A stretch of DNA of 63,819 nt, counting the filler, from Octopus bimaculoides (lineage: Eukaryota): NCBI RefSeq assembly GCF_001194135.2. It is 5 parts of 3 records of this genome, joined end to end, with 100 filler letters (N's around TTAATTAATTAA, not from the genome) between each part and the next. Parts side by side here need not be neighbours in the genome. Positions count along the whole stretch, not along the records: positions 40,505 to 57,333 come from NC_068982.1; positions 57,434 to 63,819 come from NC_068982.1; 3 more parts are not named here. One strand, given 5' to 3'. The position numbers and the translations under genes are program-made. Positions 53,801 to 63,819 of this stretch are shown here, one piece after another (the stretch's first letter is position 1; each line of letters begins with the position of its first letter). The notes below the pieces were generated by a model. The model did not search any database. It saw nothing but the letters and a program-made list of their open reading frames with translations, and was not told the origin of the DNA.

Positions 53801-56521
53801 TGTAGCCCTCTCATTCTCTAGCTACTACTCTTTGGAATTTAGCTGTGTCAAGAGTGAGAGGTCCGAATTAGTATCTATGTCTACTTGTGAGTATATAGAC
53901 AACTAAAACTATTAGCAAAAGCATAGTATATGTTGCTCAGTGATACTCGTCCGCATCTGACGGCTATCTGTATTCTTTTAAAAAATTTATAATAATTCCA
54001 TTCACATGTCGGTTGCTTCAGAAGAATATCAAATAGATTAAGAATAAATTTAACTTTGGCGGGATTGAAACAAAGCGAAGACCCCTAACTGAGTACTGCT
54101 GGCATTTTAACCGAGCGATCTACCGACTCTTTCAATCCATTACTCTTCAAACTTGCACGTATTGTGAGAATATGTCAGCTACTTCATACATCTTATAGCT
54201 AAAGATAACACTGATATATTATAATTGCACCACGCGCGATATTTTAAAAGGAGCAAAATATAAAATATTTGTTTCTCGCTGTTAGCAAAACCGAAATGTA
54301 CGTTCGGTTGGTTGGGATTTTATCGTTAAAAATAATAGGATATCAAAGTTAAATCAGTTATATCAGAGTAGATATGATTTTAAAAATAATCAATGAATGA
54401 TACATGACATTGTAAGTATATTGAAGTAAAATTAAGATGGATTTATTTTAAAATAACTTTTTAGCGTTATAGACTACTTTAGATTGAATAGAGTACTGGT
54501 ACGGGGTAAATTTCCTTTTTTAGATGTAAACGTACGCTAGAGAAGCAAACATATTTACATTATAACTCCTCTGGTTATGTCATACACCGTGTCATTGTTT
54601 TCACAATTAGGATGTGGGGATAAAGAATATTGAAAAAAGTTGTAAGGATTTTGAGATAATTAAGAAATGTTTTAAGATTGCTATAGTAAATAAACTTGAA
54701 CACCAACTTCAGGGTTGATCGAACAAAGGAAGAATTATAACGTGTATGTAAAGGATGATCACCTGAACTTAAACTGCCGATGCTGATTTTTATGAGTGAA
54801 TGGTTCACACAACCATAAAAGTTCCTTAAGTTTTGATCCTCGGGACAACAGTCTAATGCAGACAATGTATGTATTAAAGAGTCAATGTCCAAGTTCAAAG
54901 TTTGAAGAGATTAAATTCTGAAATCTATTATTTTAAATAACCAACAACGAAAGACCGCTTTGTGGTGACCTAATCTAAAAGAATCAGCAACCAAATCTGC
55001 TTCGAATCGCATCTTATTCTCTTAGAATGTGACCCATTGGATTATACGGTCCTGTGTGAATTGTGCCTGAGAAAACAAAAGGGATCCATTTTCTCTGAAG
55101 CGGAGACAACTATTTCACATCGCCTCTGAGTTAGCTACTAAAAGTCTTTCAAATAAATACTTGCAGGTATTTCTACATTATATATGATTCAGGTATTATG
55201 ATTTAAGCTGTGTTCAATGCAAATATATGCTGTTTAATTAAATACGTATTCGACTCGCGCATTATGTGCAAATCAGGACAGACGTTTATATTACTTCCTG
55301 TTAAGTTACTGCTACACATAGCAAATTGAATTACTAGTACTACGAAGAGATGGTAATTACCTCCAAATTAGGCCTGTAAGAAGTTTCCCTGTTATTTCTT
55401 TGTTTGTTTAAGAGAACATAACTATGCTTCCTCATCGTGAGTATTTTTACAATTTAATTACTTTTAACTAAATAGCTGTAGATATTTCTACCTTATACAC
55501 ACGCTTTAGGCATTATAATTTAAACCGTATTCAATATATATGTAAGCAAATATATTTACATACATATTTATTCAGATATACACATACACTTAAAAATAAT
55601 CAACAAAAAATTCTGAAGAAAATAACAGGATTGCTCACAAAATAGGGAAGAAATATTTTGTAATATTAGGAAACAGTTCTGGCGTGCAAGCCATAAATGA
55701 ATGATTTCCGTTTGAGATGAAGTTAATGAATGATATCATTGTTAGTTTAGGTTAATTAACATGTAAGTAGAGGGGAACTGTGAATATGGGAATAAACAGC
55801 TCCTGACTGAACCACGGGTGGCTTCTTGGCAAGATCTAGCACCCGGTAACTATCCGAGCTAAGGTTACGATGAAATCGCAGGATGCAACGTTGTGGATGT
55901 GTACTGTTTCGGCTGATGAACTTATAAAGTCAATGGCAAATATCACTAGATAGATGTTGAGCAGGTGAACAGTGAGCGAACTACTGCCATCATCTTTAGT
56001 CGTGACATGAGCAGATGTGACACTGATCTATCGAAAAATCAATATGGCTTATTGGTCCGGGCAACTCGCCTGACTGGATGATGAGTATGGATACTTATCT
56101 GAAACGATTTTAGTTATATCAAATCAGCGAGGTATTCTATACAGTGATTTGGATAATATAGATTAAGGTATATTATACCTGAAAATCAAATTACAGGATG
56201 CTAATTACTGTGCTGCTCAATCAAGGCCCACCTAAATACGGGAAAATAATGTTTAGTCTTAACACTATTGAAGCAGTGGTCAATGACAACACTGGAAAAT
56301 ACTGGGAATGACCCATGATGATAATGGATCATGATTTTGATTATGACTTACTCTGTAATCTATTATTCGTTGATGAAAATGAATCATAAGCGTTTTTGTT
56401 TATTGACGAGATTGATTTATATTAAAATGACGCGTCACTTGCCTGACTTTGGGAAATCATACCAGCGAAAAGTGTTAAACGAATGAATGTTGAAACCAAT
56501 AAGTAGTAGTAGTAGTAGTAT

Positions 56522-57310
<789 letters not shown>

Positions 57311-57333
57311 AATAATAATAATAATAATAATAA

Positions 57334-57433
57334 NNNNNNNNNNNNNNNNNNNNNNNNNNNNNNNNNNNNNNNNNNNNTTAATTAATTAANNNNNNNNNNN
57401 NNNNNNNNNNNNNNNNNNNNNNNNNNNNNNNNN
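57334..57433. other. Artificial scaffold-join spacer N44-TTAATTAATTAA-N44
   Basis: Same construct as 7874-7973. Confidence 0.9.
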
Positions 57434-57669
57434 TAAATGAAATATTCAAACACTGAGATTTGAAGTTAGATGTCACTACTGTTCATATCTGTGGATAAAT
57501 TCAAAATTTGATGATATCACCAGTAGTAGCATTGGTGGAACGCAGTTATGATAGCTTTAAGGAGCTATGAAATATCGTAATGATGCTTAATGAGCATCTA
57601 CCTGCTAGAAATAAGAGCCAAGTCTTAAATAATCCGTGCGTGCGTATATATATCTATATATATATATAT

Positions 57670-57714
<45 letters not shown>

Positions 57715-57743
57715 TGCACACACAAACACAAATATATATATAT

Positions 57744-58745
57744 GAGTTTGGTGCTCTTAGCTTAGATTCTCGTGGGGCCGGCCAGATTGGAGCAGTCTCG
57801 AGTGTAACCGGCCGAAACTGCAAAGATGATCTGGAACTCGACTGAGGATAGGAAGCTCCGAATGAACGGTCCTTGTTTTTTCCTGTCCTTTTTTGTATCG
57901 TCTAAATGTCCGGATATTTTGTTGTTGCTTGTTACGTTCTTGTTCCACTTTTTTTGCTTTCTTTTTTATATATACAAATAGCGTCGTATGTACACTTCTG
58001 GTCTCCTGTGTGTAACTACATGTATAAATCTAAATTCTGTACGACTCCTTTCTTCTTTCTTTTAACCTCTTCACACTTTCTTCGTTCCTTCCACTTTTCT
58101 TTTTCTCGCTGCCCTTCTCTCACATTTCTTGGCCTTCCCTTCATTCTCACTTTCCCTCCTCTTTTACTTCACTCTGTCCCTTTCCTTTCTTTTTCTCACT
58201 TTCTCGTCCCTCCCTAATTCTTCAATCCCTCTGCTCCCTACCTCTCTCCTTTCACGTGACCGGTCTTCCATCAAGCCTGACCTTTCTTTCTTGATTCGAC
58301 TACCATCCGTGGAGCATCTCATATTTCTTCTCATGACTTTCATCTTTCATGTTTTTGCCGTGAGGCTTCACTTCCACACACGCCAGCTTAATTTTAGTTC
58401 GTCCTTAGTCAAAAGACAACTGTTGTTCATTTCCTGTTGTTTGTATTTGTAACCGTGTACCATTTTTCCGTTTTTTTTTTTGTCCTTGTTTTCGAATACA
58501 TTCGCTTGCTTTCGTCCAAGGAGTCTAGTGCTCTTAGCTTAGATTCTCTTGGGGCCGGCCAGATTGGCGCAGTCTCGAGTGTAACCGGCCGAAACTGCAA
58601 AGACGATCTGGAACTCGCCTTACGATAGGAAGCTCCGAATGATCCGGCCTTGTTTTTTCCTGTCCTTTTTTGTATCGTCTAACTCTGCGGATGTTTTTTG
58701 TCGCCTGTTACGTTCTTGTTCCATTTTCTGTTTTCTTTATATATA
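57744..58745 (+). mobile_element. Non-coding element with ~230 bp direct repeats (57744-57975, 58521-58745); Penelope-like partial tandem or TRIM-like
   Basis: Both repeats share GTGCTCTTAGCTTAGATTCTC..CAGTCTCGAGTGTAACCGGCCGAAACTGCAAAGA..GTTACGTTCTTGTTCCA; flanked by (TA)n on both sides; further copies at 13.5 and 20.1 kb. Confidence 0.75.
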
Positions 58746-58750
58746 TATAT

Positions 58751-58805
<55 letters not shown>

Positions 58806-58981
58806 CATACATACATACATACATACATACATTCATACATACATACATACATACATACATACATACATTAAAAATATTTGATCGTAGTCTGCCGCAGTCC
58901 GAGAAAGACGGTTCTGCAATCTCTTGTTGAATAAGCTGTTCAAATGATTTGTTTATAGTGATAAAATATGTGAGGTACATT

Positions 58982-59196
58982 CTTTTCTACTCTAGGCACA
59001 AGGCTCGAAATTTGGTGGGAGGGCGCCAGTCGATTAGATCGACCCCAATACACAACTGGTACTTAATTTATCAACTCCGAAAGGATGAAAGGCATAGTCG
59101 ATCTCGGCGGAATTTGAACTCAGAACGTAAAGACAGACGAAATACCGCTAAGCATTTCGCCCGGCGTGCTAACATTTCTGCTAGCTCGCTGCCTTA
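58982..59196 (-). mobile_element. SINE family B, full length
   Basis: Colinear with other B copies from TTTCTACTCTAGGCACAAGG to CTCGCTGCCTTA. Confidence 0.88.
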
Positions 59197-59444
59197 TATG
59201 TGCAGTACATTAGCTCGCTTCCTCCAACAAATCGACGCTGCCTGAACAGGTGCACGATGTATTTTTTATAAAAATTTAACTGAATTTAACTGAAGGATTG
59301 GTCAATGCTTTTTAGTAGAGTACATGGTTATTAAAGATTGGGCTCAATATTGAGTTCCACTCTCCACTCGAGTATCCACTGCACTACGACGGGGACATCA
59401 ACTTCGGGAGACGGTAGCATGAAGGAAAGGAGCCAAAATAAATT

Positions 59445-59600
59445 ATAAGTGTGGCTGTGTGGGAAGAAGCTTGCTTCTCAACCACATGGTTCTAAGTTCA
59501 GTCGTACCTTGGGTAAGTGCCCTCTACTATAGCCTCGGGCCGACCAAAGCCTTGTGAGTGGATTTGCTGGACGGAAACTGAAAGATGCCCATCGTATGTA
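59445..59600 (+). mobile_element. SINE family A head and core, followed by (TG)n and gap
   Basis: GTGTGGCTGTGTGGGAAGAAGCTTGCTTCTCAACCACATGG..CCGACCAAAGCCTTGTGAGTGGATTTG. Confidence 0.85.
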
Positions 59601-59639
59601 TTATAAACTCCGGTTTCTTTTGGGTACCCCATCGAATGT

Positions 59640-59677
<38 letters not shown>

Positions 59678-60582
59678 NNNNNNNNNNNNNNNNNNNNNNN
59701 NNNNNNNNNNNNNNNNNNNNNNNNNNNNNNNNNNNNNNNNNNNNNNNNNNNNNNNNNNNNNNNNNNNNNNNNNNNNNNNNNNNNNNNNNNNNNNNNNNNN
59801 NNNNNNNNNNNNNNNNNNNNNNNNNNNNNNNNNNNNNNNNNNNNNNNNNNNNNNNNNNNNNNNNNNNNNNNNNNNNNNNNNNNNNNNNNNNNNNNNNNNN
59901 NNNNNNNNNNNNNNNNNNNNNNNNNNNNNNNNNNNNNNNNNNNNNNNNNNNNNNNNNNNNNNNNNNNNNNNNNNNNNNNNNNNNNNNNNNNNNNNNNNNN
60001 NNNNNNNNNNNNNNNNNNNNNNNNNNNNNNNNNNNNNNNNNNNNNNNNNNNNNNNNNNNNNNNNNNNNNNNNNNNNNNNNNNNNNNNNNNNNNNNNNNNN
60101 NNNNNNNNNNNNNNNNNNNNNNNNNNNNNNNNNNNNNNNNNNNNNNNNNNNNNNNNNNNNNNNNNNNNNNNNNNNNNNNNNNNNNNNNNNNNNNNNNNNN
60201 NNNNNNNNNNNNNNNNNNNNNNNNNNNNNNNNNNNNNNNNNNNNNNNNNNNNNNNNNNNNNNNNNNNNNNNNNNNNNNNNNNNNNNNNNNNNNNNNNNNN
60301 NNNNNNNNNNNNNNNNNNNNNNNNNNNNNNNNNNNNNNNNNNNNNNNNNNNNNNNNNNNNNNNNNNNNNNNNNNNNNNNNNNNNNNNNNNNNNNNNNNNN
60401 NNNNNNNNNNNNNNNNNNNNNNNNNNNNNNNNNNNNNNNNNNNNNNNNNNNNNNNNNNNNNNNNNNNNNNNNNNNNNNNNNNNNNNNNNNNNNNNNNNNN
60501 NNNNNNNNNNNNNNNNNNNNNNNNNNNNNNNNNNNNNNNNNNNNNNNNNNNNNNNNNNNNNNNNNNNNNNNNNNNNNNNNNN

Positions 60583-60635
<53 letters not shown>

Positions 60636-61082
60636 AGCCATCTACGTATCATACTTAATATATATATACATCGATGATAGACAAACTAGTACGGTTTTTG
60701 CCCGAAATGAAAAGAAATCTTTTAAATACTTGCTGTGTTAAAAACGCAAAATATATCGAAGGCTGACAAAAATCCTGCCAACAGCGTCTAAGCGAGAACG
60801 TCAGATACATTTCGACGTTGTTTGTTTGTTGTCAATGACGTGTACTCGTAGCTTCATTCCTAAACAAATTTTGTCGCCTCTGATGCAGGAAACAATGAAT
60901 TAATATATTAACCAATATTGCAATTAGCCGCCAGACGGAATAAAATTCCAACGTACGCAATTAAAGCAGCATTAAATTAAAATATGTTTCTTAATGTCAT
61001 ACTTAATGTAAATAGATTGTTGACAGGCAAAATACTGCGGTTTTCGAGATAGTTTCTTGAAGACGTGTTCTGTGTATGTGTA

Positions 61083-61240
61083 TGAGGTGCTTGGCGTAAT
61101 GGTTAGGGCGTTGGACTCACGATCGTAAGATTGTGGTTTCGATTCCTCGACCGAGCGGAGCGTTGTGTTCTTGAGCAAAACACTTCACTTCACATTGTTC
61201 CAGTTCACTCAGCGGTAGGAATGAGTTTAGCCAAGAGAGG
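61083..61240 (+). mobile_element. tRNA-derived SINE family D (head plus CORE-like block)
   Basis: TGGCGTAATGGTTAGGGCGTTGGACTCACGATCGTAAGATTGTGGTTTCGATTCC then GTTGTGTTCTTGAGCAA; body also at 31860-31945. Confidence 0.75.
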
Positions 61241-62574
61241 GATGGGCTACGCCAGGCTTTCTCGTAGATACGCTGCATGACTGCAGCGCCCCAATGACCC
61301 CCGAAGGGGTTAAGGGGCTTGTCAATGTTTGTGTGCATGCGTGTGTCCGATGGCCTTCCACATAGCTTCTATCTCTCAGATTCCATTTATGAGATACTGA
61401 AAAACCAGAAGCTAGGGTCCGAGATAACTGCCCGAGGTGGTACGCAGTTATCTCGAACCTGATAACGTTTTCTGTGACTGCGAATCTATCTTCTTTACCA
61501 CACAACCATAACAAAACAATAATGTCTTTATAGATAGATATATTTTGCTAAACAATATGAAATGAAATTATATATGTTATTTATGTTTCAATATTTGTCA
61601 ATATGCTATAATATATTGTAGATATAAGAATATTTTGAAAAAGTAGTAATTATTGTTTCAAATTTGAATTTATTGTTTCAATTTTATAATGTATTGTTTA
61701 ATAAAATTACATTGTTTCAATAAATAAATTTATCATTTAAATTTATGCATTAAGTGCTTTATTGATTAATTTCCTCAAATATATTTTATCCAATTAATAT
61801 TTTGCTCAAAACGTTTCACGATGGGGCGCATTCAATGCGTGTTAGCATATTATATACCAATGTATGCAAATGACATATAAAATAACATATTCCTACTTTC
61901 TTGTGTGTCTGTGTCTGCGTATACGTGCGCGCGTGTGTGTTTGTATGTGTCTGTGCGTGTGTGTCTGTGAGAATATGTGTTTGTGCTTGTATGTGTCTAC
62001 AGGAGTGTTATTTAAGTGTGTGTACATTTATGTGCGCATATGCGTTTGTGTATGTATGTGCGTTTATGCGTTAATGTCTATGTGCGTGTTTGCGTTAATG
62101 TGTGTAAGTGTGTGTGTGTGTGTACGAATGTATATGTTTTTATAAAAATATATTTCGGGTTTTCCAATTTCATTGCGAAACAAGAATATATTCATCGTAT
62201 TGCTTTTGTTTTGTGTGATCATTTGATACTAATTGTAAAACTACTAAAAGAAAAGTAACACATATAATAATTAGTGTCTCGTATATGCTATTGAAAATTT
62301 TCGGTTAACTGATATTATCCACGCAAGCAGTATACAAAAGCACCATCGGAGATACTTTAGATCCATAAACAAAAACCGAGAGAGATAACTCCATCTAATT
62401 AACTTTTTCTGTTTCGACTTTTCTTCTTTTTTTTTTTTTCTTTTTTGGTTAAATTATGACTAAAACCAACTGGTAAAAGCAAATTATGTTTTAAACTGAT
62501 GAGATTTCTTCAGCGAAGCATATCCAGCTCTGTTGGCAGCCCACTTTGAAATGATCGTCCCCTAATGGTCTACA

Positions 62575-62756
62575 GCAGTGTTCTGCAACTTTTTTTAATT
62601 TACGGTACACTTATATCCTTTTCAAAATTCGGCGGCACACCTGAGCTAAAAATATAACTAAAAGTATAGGGGGAAAATTATATTCGAGTTACAGTGTTGC
62701 GGCACACGTAGCATCGTCTCGTGACACACCAGTTTGCCGCGGCATGCTGGTTGCCT
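62575..62756 (+). mobile_element. Probable hAT-type MITE with truncated right TIR
   Basis: Starts CAGTGTTCTGCAAC; repeated GCGGCACAC subterminal motifs; ends GGTTGC, only the first bases of the expected complementary TIR. Confidence 0.5.
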
Positions 62757-63634
62757 AAACGAAATCTGTCGCTTCCAATAGATAACAAACGGGGAATAAT
62801 ACATTCACTGATACTGCAGAAAGCTTGCCGGCCTAAGATAAACTCGGTGTACGCAATTGGAATGGCATTAAATTATAAACACGTCTGTGGATCATACTTA
62901 AAGTATATACACCACTGACTGGAATGATGCTGAATATTGTCTCAGACAAAAATCTCTTCTTAATGTTAAAACAGAATAAATCTACAAATTTCAGCCAGTA
63001 CATGGGGTGGGGGTGGAGGAGAAAATTACACTTCAATAAACGGAACAGATGTAAACAACTGTCTTTTTATAGAATCTTTGTATACAACTGTAAACAGAAA
63101 AAAGAGATAGGAGAACCGGTTTCAATCCTTACTGAGATTTAATCAGAAACTAAATGCCCTACTCTACTAGGCACGGTAGTTCTCTAAATATAACTACTAC
63201 TATCATGGACTTTATCAAATTGGAAGAAACCGATTTGCATCAAAAATGTATTGTTGGAATTCAATTATCAAATTACTGACGCGTGAAGTTGCATAAGAAG
63301 ATATTTATTTACAATTGCCCAGTTAATTTTAATTAAGTTTTACCACTAGATGCATTCTTTAGCTGAAATATATAGGTTTAATCTGTTATGGATTATAGCA
63401 TCAAGGAATATGTTTTTACCATTAAGAAGAGATGTTTGTCTGAGACAATATTCAGCATCATTCCACTCAGTGGTGTATATACTTTAAGTATGATCCACAG
63501 ACGGTGTTTATAATTTAAGGCCATTCCAATTGCGTACACCGAGCTTATTTTAGGCCGGCAAGCTTTCTGCAGTATCAGTGAATGTATTATTCCCCGTTTG
63601 TTATCTATTGGAAGCGACAAATTTCGTTTAGGCA
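62752..63634. mobile_element. Fold-back element: ~220 bp inverted arms (62752-62973, 63411-63634) around a ~440 bp non-coding spacer
   Basis: Manual alignment gives ~8 differences in ~220 bp; the ORF track shows the same peptide on opposite strands (62721+ and 63635-). Confidence 0.9.
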
Positions 63635-63819
63635 TGTGACTATAGAATATTCGTCATTACCAAATCCCAAGAAATGTATCTGAAATTCTCTGAGGCATCG
63701 CTGCTGGGATGATGTCCGCCTCGCTCCAAAATACATACAGCATGTTAAAAAAGGATACACAGGTGTCGTGTATAATTCAATGTTGTTTCAATTGCGTACA
63801 TCGAATATATATATATATA

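Noticed and set aside
53822-53886. Apparent exon with TCTCATTCTCTAG acceptor and GTGAGT donor
   Set aside because: Lies in the diverged continuation of a SINE D copy; peptide unrecognisable
54575-54898. 107 aa minus-strand ORF in unique sequence
   Set aside because: No recognisable motif; length is within chance expectation for AT-rich DNA
55906-55935. CTGATGA-ACTT-ATA-AAGT hairpin as a hammerhead ribozyme
   Set aside because: The stem is followed by CAAT rather than GAAA, and no stems I/III are evident

Overview
Repeat-saturated, AT-rich eukaryotic genomic DNA from a draft assembly with many N gaps. The SINE families and microsatellite load resemble an octopod cephalopod such as Octopus (inference, not checked against a database). 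I could not identify any host protein-coding gene, rRNA, true tRNA, CRISPR array or prokaryote-type system. Almost all ORFs in the supplied track are translations of microsatellites or run through N gaps. The window contains: (i) dozens of tRNA-derived SINE copies from at least four families, often in head-to-tail arrays within (ATT)n tracts; (ii) decayed non-LTR retrotransposon fragments of several clades (three R4/Dong-type RLE, one HERO/NeSL-type RLE, CR1/L2-type RT, RTE 3' end, probable Penelope RT/GIY-YIG, possible L1/Tx1 ORF1); (iii) three Tc1/mariner transposase remnants plus mariner- and hAT-type MITEs; (iv) a ~1 kb non-coding element with ~230 bp direct repeats and a hammerhead-core-like motif; (v) an ~880 bp fold-back element with ~220 bp inverted arms; (vi) abundant simple repeats; (vii) four artificial 100 bp scaffold-join spacers. 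I found no convincing novel biological system. The most interesting signals concern transposon architecture and targeting. Coordinates were read by eye and repeat boundaries are approximate (about ±10-30 bp).
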